Origin: Candidatus Buchananbacteria bacterium
GTDB taxonomy: Bacteria > Patescibacteriota > Patescibacteriia > 2-01-FULL-39-33 > JBAYJR01
Direction: 5' to 3'
NCBI GenBank assembly: GCA_041665005.1
Contig: JBAYJR010000002.1
Coordinates: forward strand, 25,120 to 89,119
Length of the DNA stretch: 64,000 bases
The position numbers and the translations under genes were made by a program. Of the stretch, positions 46,010 to 56,026 are shown piece after piece (the first letter of the stretch is position 1; each line of letters begins with the position of its first letter). The notes beneath the pieces were generated by a model. That model was not told the origin of the DNA and did no database searches. It worked only from the letters and a program-made list of their open reading frames with translations.

Positions 46010-47317
46010 ATGCTAAACACTGAACACAATTGCCAAGAACTTACCAATTTACTTCAGGAACTAAAAAACCTTAAGCCTGAGTTTGATTTGGCCTATCAAG
46101 AAGCCTTAATCAGCCGTGACCTGACTAAACTTAGAGAATTAAAGGTGGTGCTTAAAGATAAGGTAGAGAAGTTAGAGATGAAGATCGACCCTCACGATAT
46201 TGAATTGCGGAAAAAAATTGCTGAAAAAAATTTTTTTGATTTTGTTGATATTTTTTCCGAAGGCTTGGCCCTAGCAAGAAAGTCTAGAGTATATTCTGAT
46301 AGAGGATATTCTTATACTAACCGGGCTGGAAAAGTAATTAGTTCAGAGGTTTATAATGACGCTAGACGGTTTTCCGAAGGTTTGGCTGGGGTTACTACTA
46401 GTAATTATAGTAAAGGATGGTTTTTTATTGATCGTGCTGGTCAGGTAATTAATTCTGAAAAATATGATAATGTTCGTGATTTTTCCGAAGGCTTGGCTTG
46501 TGTTTGGAGAGGAAGTAAATGGTTTTATATTGACCAAAATGGCAATGATGTATTTAAAAAAAGATTTGATGCTGCTAATAGTTTTAGTAATGGATTGGCT
46601 TGTGTGGCTATAGATCATGATCATTTTTATATTGATCATACCGGTAAAAATGCTTTTTTAGAAAAGTATGACTTTGTGGATAATTTTCACGAAGATTTAG
46701 CTAGAGTGGGTAATTTTTCTGAGGGTGCTAATAATATGGACTATTTTTTTATTAATCGGGCTGGTCAAGCGATAAATCAAGAAAAGTATATAGAGGCTAA
46801 TAATTTTTTTGAAGGCCTGGCTGCGGTAAAAAAATATTATTCAGGTGGTTATAAGTATTCTTTCATTGATTCTACGGGAGTAGAAGTTATTCCGGCAAAG
46901 TATGACTATGCTACTAGATTTTTTGAAGGTTTGGCCCGAGTCAAAAGAAATGGCAAATTCTATTTTATTGATCACGCTGGCAAAGAGATAAATAGTGAAG
47001 GATATGACGGAGCCAGTGATTTTCATGAAGGCTTAGCTGCGGTTAAAACCAATAAAAAGGAAGAATGGTTCTACATTAACCAGATTGGCCAAAAAATTAG
47101 TCCGACTAGGTATTATTATGCCGGAAATTTTTCTGAAGGCGTAGCTTTGGTCAGAAAGGATAATAAAAACTTTTTGATTAATAAATTTGGTGAAGAAATT
47201 GGTTCGGATAAATATGATGGCGCCGAAAGTTATGGCGAGGGTTTGTATTTGGTAAGAAAAGGCTACGAGAACAAATTTTATATTGATCAGCGCGGTCGTA
47301 AAATATTTGACGCTTAA
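46010..47317 (+). CDS. WG-repeat protein with shared N-terminal module; tandem paralogue 3
   Basis: Same architecture, 435 aa. Confidence 0.7.
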   Translation: MLNTEHNCQELTNLLQELKNLKPEFDLAYQEALISRDLTKLRELKVVLKDKVEKLEMKIDPHDIELRKKIAEKNFFDFVDIFSEGLALARKSRVYSDRGYSYTNRAGKVISSEVYNDARRFSEGLAGVTTSNYSKGWFFIDRAGQVINSEKYDNVRDFSEGLACVWRGSKWFYIDQNGNDVFKKRFDAANSFSNGLACVAIDHDHFYIDHTGKNAFLEKYDFVDNFHEDLARVGNFSEGANNMDYFFINRAGQAINQEKYIEANNFFEGLAAVKKYYSGGYKYSFIDSTGVEVIPAKYDYATRFFEGLARVKRNGKFYFIDHAGKEINSEGYDGASDFHEGLAAVKTNKKEEWFYINQIGQKISPTRYYYAGNFSEGVALVRKDNKNFLINKFGEEIGSDKYDGAESYGEGLYLVRKGYENKFYIDQRGRKIFDA

Positions 47318-47329
47318 TAATTTTTATAT

Positions 47330-48400
47330 ATGCGAAACACTGAGCATAATTGCCAAGAACTTACTAATTTACTTCAGGAACTAAAAAACTTAAAGTCCGA
47401 ATTTGATGTGATTCATCAAGAGGCCTTGGTTAGCCGTGATTTGACTAAAATTAGAGAGCTTAAAAAACAAATTGAAAGTAAGGTGGTAGAATTGGAACCA
47501 AAAATAGATCCATATAATATAGAACTAAGAAAAGAAATAGCCAAGGAAAACGGTTTTGAATTTGTCGGTAATTTTCATGATGGCTGGGCGAGGGTTCAAA
47601 AGGATGGAGAATGGTTTTTTATTAGCCAAACCGGTAAAAAACTTAGCTGGGAAAAATATAAAGCTGTCTCTGATTTTCATGATGGTTTGGCTCGGATTAT
47701 TATAGATAACAAATATTTTTATCTTAATCAAATTGAAGAGGTGATAAATCAAAAAGGATATAGTGAGGCTAGTGATTTTTCGGAAGGTTTGGCTTGTGTT
47801 AAATATGGTTCATCTTATTATTTTATTGATCGTGAGGATAAAAGGGTTTTTGGAGAATATGTAGAGGCTAAGGGTTTTTCCGAAGGCTTGGCTTGGGTAA
47901 AAAATCAGCAGAAAAAATGGTATATTATTGATCGGACTGGTCAGGAAGTCGGCTCAGAAAAATATGATGGTGCTTTAAGTTTTTCTGAAGGAGTGGCCTG
48001 GGCCAATAAAGATGGACTTTGGTTTATTGTTGATCGTGATGGTAAAAAAATCAGTAACAAATGCTATGAGAGGGTTGAGAGTTTTCATGAAGGTTTGGCT
48101 CCAGTTACTTCTAGTTATGGTAAGGGTTGGTTTTTTATTGATCATTCTGAAAAAGAAGTAAGCCTAGCAAGATATGGTATGGCTGGTTATTTTTCGGAAG
48201 GCTTGGCTGCTGTTAAGCATGGTAGTAGTTATTTATATATTGATCATGCCGGCCAAGATGTATTTTTTGAAAGATACGACGTAAAGGCTGATTACTTTTA
48301 TGATGGTTTGGCTGAAGTTATAAAAGGCTCACTGAAATTTTATATTGATCATCGTGGTCAAGAAGTGTTTGGTAGCTGGCGCGTACAAGTTGATTGGTAA
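47330..48400 (+). CDS. WG-repeat protein with shared N-terminal module; tandem paralogue 4
   Basis: Same architecture, 356 aa. Confidence 0.7.
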   Translation: MRNTEHNCQELTNLLQELKNLKSEFDVIHQEALVSRDLTKIRELKKQIESKVVELEPKIDPYNIELRKEIAKENGFEFVGNFHDGWARVQKDGEWFFISQTGKKLSWEKYKAVSDFHDGLARIIIDNKYFYLNQIEEVINQKGYSEASDFSEGLACVKYGSSYYFIDREDKRVFGEYVEAKGFSEGLAWVKNQQKKWYIIDRTGQEVGSEKYDGALSFSEGVAWANKDGLWFIVDRDGKKISNKCYERVESFHEGLAPVTSSYGKGWFFIDHSEKEVSLARYGMAGYFSEGLAAVKHGSSYLYIDHAGQDVFFERYDVKADYFYDGLAEVIKGSLKFYIDHRGQEVFGSWRVQVDW

Positions 48401-48433
48401 TTTAGTTTAAAATAAACTTAATAAAAAATAATT

Positions 48434-48832
48434 ATGTCTAAAGCCAGCATGTATACGGACGGAGGCGCCCGGGGCAACCCTGGACCAGCGGGGATTGGGG
48501 TGGTAATTGAATTAGGGGGAACAATTTTTCGCTATAAAGAATTTATTGGTGTTGGCACCAATAATCAAGCGGAATATCAGGCGGTGCTTTTGGGTTTAAC
48601 TAAGGCGCAAGAATTAGGAGTGAAAGAGCTAGAATGTTTTTTGGACAGCGAATTAGTGGTGGAACAATTAAATTTAAATTATAAAGTTAAAGATAAAAAT
48701 TTAGGAGTATTGTTCGTTAAAGCTTGGAACTTAATTCATGGTTTTAAAAAAGTTACTTTTAAACATATTCCCCGGGAAAAAAATAAAGAAGCAGACCGGT
48801 TGGTTAATGAAGCTTTAGACGAAAGCGCCTAA
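48434..48832 (+). CDS. rnhA: ribonuclease HI
   Basis: YTDGGARGNPGPAGIGVV...AEYQAV..L and a C-terminal DxxxN...D active-site pattern. Confidence 0.9.
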   Translation: MSKASMYTDGGARGNPGPAGIGVVIELGGTIFRYKEFIGVGTNNQAEYQAVLLGLTKAQELGVKELECFLDSELVVEQLNLNYKVKDKNLGVLFVKAWNLIHGFKKVTFKHIPREKNKEADRLVNEALDESA

Positions 48833-48860
48833 ATTTTAAGTTATTAGTATTTTAGCAATT

Positions 48861-48889
48861 AAAAAAATCTACTGAAGTAGATTTTTTTA
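48861..48889. terminator. bidirectional rho-independent terminator between rnhA (+) and rnpB (-)
   Basis: aaaaaaa-atctact-gaa-gtagat-ttttttt. Confidence 0.7.
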
Positions 48890-49351
48890 TTATCCAAGTA
48901 AACCGATAAGCCGAATTCTGTCAGCCTAATTAAAGGCGGGTGATTATCTCTCTAGCCCCAACATTGCTGTTGGAGTCATGCTGCCTACCTTATTTGGCAT
49001 TGCACCGGGTAGGTGTTTTCCACGGCTGTCATCACTGACAGTCCCGCGTGGGCTCTTACTTTGGCCTAGCCGAAGCTTGGCTTATCCCGCGCATAGGCGG
49101 GCCCACGATTTCAACCTTACTTGTCCCACCATCGGTGGGATTTAGTCCACAAGGGACTCAAGCGGTATATTTTCTGTTGCACTTTCCCTGGGCTTGAAAT
49201 TTGCAGAAGTCTGCAGGACTTCTATAAACTTTGCTCCCGGTCGCTGTTAGCGATTACCTCTGAATTCCAATCCTAAGATTGAAAAACGGTGTTCGGACTT
49301 TCCTCAATGCGCTTTAACACGCACCGCAATCACCTGGTTTACTTGGATAAA
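48889..49351 (-). ncRNA. rnpB: RNase P RNA (bacterial type)
   Basis: On the minus strand, GAGGAAAGUCCGAACACC near the 5' end is the universally conserved P4 5' strand, and ACAGAAUUCGGCUUAUCGG near the 3' end is the P4 3' strand. The P1 stem pairs UAUCCAAGUAAACC with GGUUUACUUGGAUA. The region is GC-rich relative to its surroundings and has no ORF. A TTGACT-N17-TATGCT promoter lies at 49355..49383 on the minus strand. Confidence 0.85.
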
Positions 49352-49441
49352 CTTAGCATAGCATAATTTACAAAAAAAGTCAAGATAATGGCTTGTTTTT
49401 TTCTAAAAAAAATGGTAAATTTGTAAGAGAATAAAACAACC

Positions 49442-50845
49442 ATGAAACGTAGTGAAATATTTTTTGGCGCAATTTTGGTACCCGTTGATTTGTTAATGAT
49501 CATGTTGGCCAGTTTAACGGCCTATTGGATTCGCTTTGGCCAATATGCTAGCAGTTTACGGCCGGTTACTTTTAAATTGCCCTGGCAAACTTATTTGTGG
49601 TATAGCCTGTTAGTGGCCGCGGTCTGGTTGATAATTTTTGCTTTAGCTAAACTTTATGTTATCGCCGCCACGCGGTCGTGGCGAGAAGAATTTCGGCGGT
49701 TATTTTTTGCCTGCACCACTGGTTTACTGGTGGTTATTTTAATTGATTTTGCGCGGCATGAACTTTTTTCTTCGCGCTTTATTGTGTTAGCGGTGTGGTT
49801 GTTGTCCATTATTTATATTGGCTTTGGCCGGTGGTTAATTAGGCATTTACAACAACAATTATTGAGGCGGGGGATTGGTGTGCATCGGATTGTAATTATT
49901 GGTCAAGATAAAGCTAGCCAGGTTTTGACCCAGTATTTTAAAAATAATTATAAATTAGGCTATGTAGTGGTTAAGGTTTTTATTGATTTTAGTCCAACCA
50001 TTAAGCAAGAGTTGCAACAATTAATTCAGCAAGATAAGGTTGATGAAATTTTAGCCGGCTCGCCACATTTAGCCAAAACCGAATTGCAGGAATTATATGC
50101 TTTTTCTTACGAACATCATTTACCGTTAAAATATGTGGCTGATTTATTTGCCGCCCAAGCCCCCAAAATTGAGATTTCTTTTTTGGCCGGTATTCCTGTA
50201 GTAGAAGTAAAAAAAACCAAGTTGGATGGTTGGGGCCGAGTCGCTAAAAGATTGTCTGATTTAATTGGTGCAATTATTTTGATTATTATCTTTTCGCCGA
50301 TTATGTTGCTAGAAGCCTTGGCGATTAAATTAGATTCGGCTGGTCCAGTTTTTTTTGCTTATCAGCGGATTGGCCAAAACGGCAAAACTTTTCGTTATTT
50401 TAAATTTCGTTCCATGAAACACAATACTCATCACTTGCGGTATGATGATGAATTTGTGCTGCAACAACAAAATTTGCGTAATGGCACGCCAGTCATTAAA
50501 TTTAAAAATGATCCGCGGATTACCCGAGTGGGGAAAATTATTAGGCGGTTTAGTTTGGACGAATTGGCAGAATTATTTTTGGTGCTGATTGGTCAAATGA
50601 GCTTAGTCGGGCCCCGGCCTCATGAGGTGGAAGAAGTAGCGCGTTATGATCAGTGGCAAAAAAGAGTGTTAAATATTAAGCCGGGGATGACCGGTTTGGC
50701 CCAAGTTTCGGGTCGGTCAGATTTAGCGTTTAATCAGGAAGTAAATTTAGATATTTATTACATGGAACATTGGTCGTGGCTGCAAGATTTAGTTATTTTA
50801 GTAAAAACTCCCTTAGCAGTTTTGCGTAAAAGGCGAGCGGAATAA
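49442..50845 (+). CDS. undecaprenyl-phosphate hexose-1-phosphate transferase (WbaP/exopolysaccharide polyprenyl glycosylphosphotransferase family)
   Basis: Four N-terminal TM helices, then a bacterial sugar-transferase domain RLSDLIGAI...PVFFAYQRIGQNGKTFRYFKFRSM...LVGPRP. Confidence 0.88.
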   Translation: MKRSEIFFGAILVPVDLLMIMLASLTAYWIRFGQYASSLRPVTFKLPWQTYLWYSLLVAAVWLIIFALAKLYVIAATRSWREEFRRLFFACTTGLLVVILIDFARHELFSSRFIVLAVWLLSIIYIGFGRWLIRHLQQQLLRRGIGVHRIVIIGQDKASQVLTQYFKNNYKLGYVVVKVFIDFSPTIKQELQQLIQQDKVDEILAGSPHLAKTELQELYAFSYEHHLPLKYVADLFAAQAPKIEISFLAGIPVVEVKKTKLDGWGRVAKRLSDLIGAIILIIIFSPIMLLEALAIKLDSAGPVFFAYQRIGQNGKTFRYFKFRSMKHNTHHLRYDDEFVLQQQNLRNGTPVIKFKNDPRITRVGKIIRRFSLDELAELFLVLIGQMSLVGPRPHEVEEVARYDQWQKRVLNIKPGMTGLAQVSGRSDLAFNQEVNLDIYYMEHWSWLQDLVILVKTPLAVLRKRRAE

Positions 50846-50858
50846 AAGAACCACCGAA

Positions 50859-51290
50859 TTACTTCGGTGGTTTGGTTTTTGGTTTAACTTTTACGACTAG
50901 CGCCTTAGTGGCACTGCCGCTAAAAATCATTGCGTTTAGCGGGGTAAGAACATCAATGATGTCATAGTCCTGCTTTATCTTTGCTAAGCCTTCCTTTAGG
51001 GCCGGCAGATAAGAAATGCTACTACAATCAAGGCTGGTATACTCCGTTGCTTCTAGTAGCAACAGCTCGTTACTAATCGTAACGATGGAAAAACTTGATT
51101 TTGCATAATGGTTCCGTACGCCGTGGTTGGTATCAGCTGCCCTTGCCTTGGCAAAACTTTTTTCAAATGGTATATATAGAGATTTATATAAATAGTTATA
51201 TACACCGCCGAATACTAGCAGAATTATCACAATTATTACTACTAGTGCAATAGCTGCTAGAGTTTTAGAGTTTTTGGTTGATATTTGCAT
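50859..51290 (-). CDS. hypothetical membrane-anchored protein
   Basis: Minus-strand ORF with an N-terminal TM helix and RBS aaggagg. A terminator hairpin at 50845..50882 overlaps its 3' end. Confidence 0.45.
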   Translation of the reverse strand: MQISTKNSKTLAAIALVVIIVIILLVFGGVYNYLYKSLYIPFEKSFAKARAADTNHGVRNHYAKSSFSIVTISNELLLLEATEYTSLDCSSISYLPALKEGLAKIKQDYDIIDVLTPLNAMIFSGSATKALVVKVKPKTKPPK

Positions 51291-51395
51291 TAGCTAAACA
51301 CCTCCTTTTTGTTATTAAACTAGCAGTTTTTTGATTTGTTGTCAAGTGGGCTAAAAGTTGCTAAAATATAAACACTAATTGACTAGTTATCATTT

Positions 51396-52493
51396 ATGAA
51401 AATTGCTTTGGTTCATGATCATTTAGCCCAAGATGGGGGAGCGGAACGGGTTTTAAAAATTATTCAACAAACCTTTGTTGGCGCGCCTACTTATACTTTA
51501 TTTTATAATCCGCAAAAAGCGGACCCTTTTTTTGCTAAACAAGATATTCGCACTTCTTGGTTGCAACAAATGCCAGGGATTACCAAACATTATCAATGGT
51601 ATTTAACTTTAATGCCCGCCGCGGTGGAAAGTTTAAAATTTGAAGAATATGATGTGGTTTTATCCGACACTTCTTCTTTTGCAAAAGGGATAATTACCGG
51701 ACCACAAACTTTGCATCTTTGTTACTGTCATACCCCCACTAGGTATATTTGGAGTGATCGCCATACTTACGTTAAAGAATTGCATTATAACCGCTTAGTT
51801 AAATTGGCTATTCCGGCCGTGCTTAGTCGTTTGCGTCAATGGGATTTTATGGCCGCGCAACGGCCGGATAAATTTTTGGCCAATTCCGCCTTGGTACAAA
51901 AACGGATTGCTAAATATTATCATCGGCCGTCGCAAATTATTCATCCGCCGGTAGAAACTAATAATTTTAAAATTGCCCCCAAGGTAGGAAATTATTTTTT
52001 AATTGGTGGCCGCTTGGTGGCTTATAAGCGTTATGATTTAGCCGTTAAAGCTTTTTCGCGGATTGGTTTACCTTTAAAAATTTTTGGTGAAGGTCCGGAA
52101 CTAGCTAATCTACAAAAATTGGCCAAAAAGAATATAGAATTTTTAGGCAAGGTTGATTATCAACAGTTGACTAAATTATATAGCGAGTGTTTGGCTTTTT
52201 TGCATCCGCAGGAAGAAGATTTTGGTATTACGGCGGTGGAAGCGATGGCGGCCGGCCGGCCAGTAATTGCTTATGCGGCCGGTGGTGCTTTAGAAACGGT
52301 TATACCAGGTGTCAGCGGACAGTTTATTGATGAACAAAGCTGGGAGGCAATTATTGACGCAGTGATTAGATTTAAACCGGAAAATCTTAATCCGTTGGCC
52401 ATAAAAAATCAGGCGGAAAAATTTTCAGTCGCTAATTTTCAGCAACAACTTTTACAAGTAGTCAACGATGGCTGGCAAGAATTTCGTAATTAA
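51396..52493 (+). CDS. glycosyltransferase family 4
   Basis: EEDFGITAVEAMAAGRPVIAYAAGG is the GT4 EX7E motif. Confidence 0.88.
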   Translation: MKIALVHDHLAQDGGAERVLKIIQQTFVGAPTYTLFYNPQKADPFFAKQDIRTSWLQQMPGITKHYQWYLTLMPAAVESLKFEEYDVVLSDTSSFAKGIITGPQTLHLCYCHTPTRYIWSDRHTYVKELHYNRLVKLAIPAVLSRLRQWDFMAAQRPDKFLANSALVQKRIAKYYHRPSQIIHPPVETNNFKIAPKVGNYFLIGGRLVAYKRYDLAVKAFSRIGLPLKIFGEGPELANLQKLAKKNIEFLGKVDYQQLTKLYSECLAFLHPQEEDFGITAVEAMAAGRPVIAYAAGGALETVIPGVSGQFIDEQSWEAIIDAVIRFKPENLNPLAIKNQAEKFSVANFQQQLLQVVNDGWQEFRN

Positions 52494-52498
52494 TCTTT

Positions 52499-53671
52499 AT
52501 GAACATTGGCGTAGATATTAGATGTTTAATTCGTGGTCGCTACAATGGCGTGGCGGAATACACTTATCAGCTGTTAACGGCCTTGTTTGCGTTAGATCAA
52601 AAAAATCAGTATTGGTTGTTTTATAATTCTTACAGTCAGGTAAGTTTGCCGCCATTTAATCAGGCCAACGTTCATTACGTGGGGTTTCGTTACCCTAATC
52701 GGTTATTAATGTTGGGATTAAAACTTTTTAACTGGCCCAAATTAGATCAATTGATTGCCCAAAGATATTTGTTGTATCCGGAACCGATAAAATTTGATTT
52801 ATTTTTTTTACCTAATTTAGATTTTGTGTGTTTTAGTAAAAAGGTACCAGTAGTTTTAACGGCTCATGACTTATCTTACGAATTATTTCCTTACTTTTTT
52901 TCGCAAAAAATATTATGGTGGCATCGTTTAATTAATCCGCGTCGCTTAGCCCAAACGGCGCAAAAGATTTTAGCGGTTTCGGAAAATACTAAAAATGATT
53001 TGGTTAAAATATATCAAATTCCCGAAACCAAGGTGGTGAAGGTTTATTCCGGCTTGGATCAAGCGTTTAAAAAGATCACGGACCAGGAAGCTTTGGCTTT
53101 GGCACGAACTAATTGGCGATTGCCGGAAAAATTTATTTTAGGCTTGGGTACGATTGAGCCGCGGAAAAATTGGGAGAGTCTAATTTTGGCCTGGCAACGG
53201 GCTAAAATTAAATACAATATTCCGCACCAGCTGGTTTTGGTGGGTAATCAAGGCTGGCTACAAAGTTCGGTTTTTAATCTAATTAAACAATCGCGCTTGC
53301 GCCAAGAAATCAGATATTTAAATTCCGTTCAGCCCGAGGAACGCGTTTGGTTGTATAATTTAGCGGATTTGTTTGTTTATCCTTCCTGGTATGAAGGTTT
53401 TGGTTTTCCGCCGTTGGAAGCCATGGCTTGTGGCTTGCCGACAATTATCGCTAGTAATTCCGCCTTGTCCGAAGTGGCTAGTGCCGGGGCGTTATTGGTT
53501 AATCCCGATAATATTATTGAAATCAGTGAAGCGATGCAACAGGTTTTGAGTGATGAAAATTTAAAAAATGATTTAGCTAAACGGGGCCAGCAAGTTGCCG
53601 GTAATTATCCTTGGTCAAAAACCGCCCAAGAAGTTTTGGCCGTGTTTAATCAGCTAAAAATTCAGTCATAA
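52499..53671 (+). CDS. glycosyltransferase family 4
   Basis: YEGFGFPPLEAMACGLPTIAS. Confidence 0.88.
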   Translation: MNIGVDIRCLIRGRYNGVAEYTYQLLTALFALDQKNQYWLFYNSYSQVSLPPFNQANVHYVGFRYPNRLLMLGLKLFNWPKLDQLIAQRYLLYPEPIKFDLFFLPNLDFVCFSKKVPVVLTAHDLSYELFPYFFSQKILWWHRLINPRRLAQTAQKILAVSENTKNDLVKIYQIPETKVVKVYSGLDQAFKKITDQEALALARTNWRLPEKFILGLGTIEPRKNWESLILAWQRAKIKYNIPHQLVLVGNQGWLQSSVFNLIKQSRLRQEIRYLNSVQPEERVWLYNLADLFVYPSWYEGFGFPPLEAMACGLPTIIASNSALSEVASAGALLVNPDNIIEISEAMQQVLSDENLKNDLAKRGQQVAGNYPWSKTAQEVLAVFNQLKIQS

Positions 53672-53673
53672 TT

Positions 53674-54786
53674 ATGAAAGTCATAATTGATGCTCGTTTT
53701 TGGGGGCCAACACACACTGGCTTGGGAGTTTATACTAAGCAATTTGTTTTAGCCTTGGCCGAAATTGATCAAATTAATCAGTATGTTTTATTATTGCGTC
53801 AAGAAGTGCTGGCCGAAATTAATTTGCCGGCTAATTTTAAAAAAGTAGTTTGTAATTTAAAACCCTATTCTCTTAAAGAGCAATTAATTTTGCCGATTAT
53901 TTTGGGGCGATTAAAACCAGATTTGGTGCATTTTACTTCGATTAATGTGCCAATTTTTTATTTTGGTAAATATTTAGTTACGGTACATGATTTAATTAAA
54001 CATCAATTTACGGGCAAAGAAATGACTACTCGCCAACAGAGTATTTATTGGCTAAAGCAGTTTGGTTATTTAGCAGTTTTTAGAGTAATTTGTAAATTAG
54101 CTAAATTAATTTTAGTGCCATCGCAGTCAGTAAAGTCCGAGTTAGTTAAATTTTATCCGTTTACGGCTAATAAAATCTCGGTTACTTACGAGGCGGCCAC
54201 TTTGACCCAGTTTAAGTCAGTAGTTAGTAATTTAGCCCAATATAATTTACCGCCAAAGTTTTGTGTTTATACGGGGAACCCTTACCCGCATAAAAATTTA
54301 GCCAGATTAATTAAAGCTTGGCCGGCGGTTTATACTGCCACTAGTCAACAGTTAGTTTTGGTCTGCGGTCGTAGTGTTTTTAGTCAAAGGATAAATAAAT
54401 TAGTTAAACAACAAAACGCCGAACAGTTTGTTAAGTTTGTTGGTTATGTTAGGGATCAAGATTTATTAGCGGTTTATCGCCAGGCCTCCGCTTATATTTT
54501 TCCAACTTTGGCTGAGGGGTTTGGTTTGCCGGGATTAGACGCAATGTTGGTTGGTTTGCCAGTGGCTTGTTCGGATATTCCAGTTTTGCGCGAGGTTTAT
54601 GGCCCGGCCGCCGTTTATTTTAATCCGCGGGATACTGTGGATATGGCCGCTAAAATTACTGAATTAATCAGTAACCAAGTACTTAGAACCAAAGTAATTG
54701 ATTTTGGCTTTATACAAGCGGCCAGGTATAGCTGGTTAACTTGCGCTCAAGAGACACTTAGACTGTATCAGTTGCTTGCTAAATAA
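53674..54786 (+). CDS. glycosyltransferase family 4
   Basis: AEGFGLPGLDAMLVGLPVACSD. Confidence 0.88.
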   Translation: MKVIIDARFWGPTHTGLGVYTKQFVLALAEIDQINQYVLLLRQEVLAEINLPANFKKVVCNLKPYSLKEQLILPIILGRLKPDLVHFTSINVPIFYFGKYLVTVHDLIKHQFTGKEMTTRQQSIYWLKQFGYLAVFRVICKLAKLILVPSQSVKSELVKFYPFTANKISVTYEAATLTQFKSVVSNLAQYNLPPKFCVYTGNPYPHKNLARLIKAWPAVYTATSQQLVLVCGRSVFSQRINKLVKQQNAEQFVKFVGYVRDQDLLAVYRQASAYIFPTLAEGFGLPGLDAMLVGLPVACSDIPVLREVYGPAAVYFNPRDTVDMAAKITELISNQVLRTKVIDFGFIQAARYSWLTCAQETLRLYQLLAK

Positions 54787-54831
54787 TGAGTTATAATTTA
54801 AGATTTAGTAGTGCTAGAATAATAAACTTAT

Positions 54832-56016
54832 ATGCCCCAACTTTGCCCCGAACTCACAATTAAGTTAGTCTCCCTCAAACAACTCAAAGCAGAGTTTGAT
54901 TTGGAATTGACTAACTTGTCCCAAACAGGCAAGACAGGGGATTTAGTTTTGGTTAGAGAAGCTAAAGCCAACCTAAATCAAACCCTCCAAGAGTTCCAGA
55001 AACAAATCACTCAAATTGAATGGCAAGAGTTTTATGCTTATTCTTCTCGAGAATTGATTGCGGTAGAAAAGAAAATAAATTATCACGAAATTAAAACTCT
55101 CGAAGGACATACTAATACTGTACAGACCCTCCAAGTCCTCCCTGATAGTCGCATTGTTTCAGGTAGTCATGATAATACTATTAAGATTTGGCAACCAGAT
55201 AGTCAGGGTAATTATCAAAATACGCAAACCCTTAAAGAACATGTTTATCTTGTGGATACTCTCCAAGCCCTCCCTGATGGTCGTATTGTTTCAGGTAGTG
55301 CTGATGGTACTATTAAAATCTGGCAAACAGATAGCCAGGGCAACTATCAAAACACCCAAACACTCGAAGGACACACTAATTGGGTATCCGCCCTGCAAGT
55401 CCTACCTGATGGCCTTATTGTTTCGGGTAGTGGTGATAACACTATCAAAATTTGGAAACCAGACAGCCAAGGCAACTATAAAAACACCCAAACCCTCACC
55501 CAAATCCTCAGAGGAAAGATTGAATCTGTCCTCACCTTGAAGGTTCTACCCGATGGCCGGATTGTTTCGGGTTGTCATGATAGAACTATTAAAATTTGGC
55601 AACCAGACAGTCAAGGTAACTATAAAAATACGCAAACCCTCAAAGGACATGTCGATCAGGTGCGTACCCTCCAAGCCTTCTCTGATGGTCGCATTGTTTC
55701 AGGTAGTGCTGATGGTACTATTAAAATCTGGCAAACAGATAGCCAGGGCAACTATCAAAACACCCAAACACTCGAGGGGCATACTAATGCTGTATACACT
55801 CTGCAAGTCCTCACCGATGGTCGCATTGTTTCAGGTAGTGGTGATAAGACCATTAAAATTTGGGAACTAGACAGTCAAAACGACTATCAAAACACCCAAA
55901 CACTCGAGGGGCATACTAGATGGGTAGACACCCTCCAAGTCCTCCCTGATGGCCGCATTGTTTCGGGTAGTGGTGATCACACTATTAAAATATGGGATGG
56001 TGATAAAGTAGATTAA
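54832..56016 (+). CDS. WD40-repeat (7-bladed) protein with the shared MPQLCPEL N-terminal module (family B, member 1)
   Basis: Seven repeats of LxGHxxxVxxLQVLPDGRIVSGSxDxTIKIW. The repeats are nearly identical at the nucleotide level (55281..55380 compared with 55691..55790). Confidence 0.8.
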   Translation: MPQLCPELTIKLVSLKQLKAEFDLELTNLSQTGKTGDLVLVREAKANLNQTLQEFQKQITQIEWQEFYAYSSRELIAVEKKINYHEIKTLEGHTNTVQTLQVLPDSRIVSGSHDNTIKIWQPDSQGNYQNTQTLKEHVYLVDTLQALPDGRIVSGSADGTIKIWQTDSQGNYQNTQTLEGHTNWVSALQVLPDGLIVSGSGDNTIKIWKPDSQGNYKNTQTLTQILRGKIESVLTLKVLPDGRIVSGCHDRTIKIWQPDSQGNYKNTQTLKGHVDQVRTLQAFSDGRIVSGSADGTIKIWQTDSQGNYQNTQTLEGHTNAVYTLQVLTDGRIVSGSGDKTIKIWELDSQNDYQNTQTLEGHTRWVDTLQVLPDGRIVSGSGDHTIKIWDGDKVD

Positions 56017-56026
56017 ATAAATTTAT

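Noticed and set aside
55154-55870. Two + strand alternate-frame ORFs (55154..55540 and 55553..55870) inside the WD40 gene
   Set aside because: They arise because the blade-encoding DNA is tandemly repeated, so an off-frame that is open in one unit stays open in the next. The main frame gives canonical WD40 repeats.
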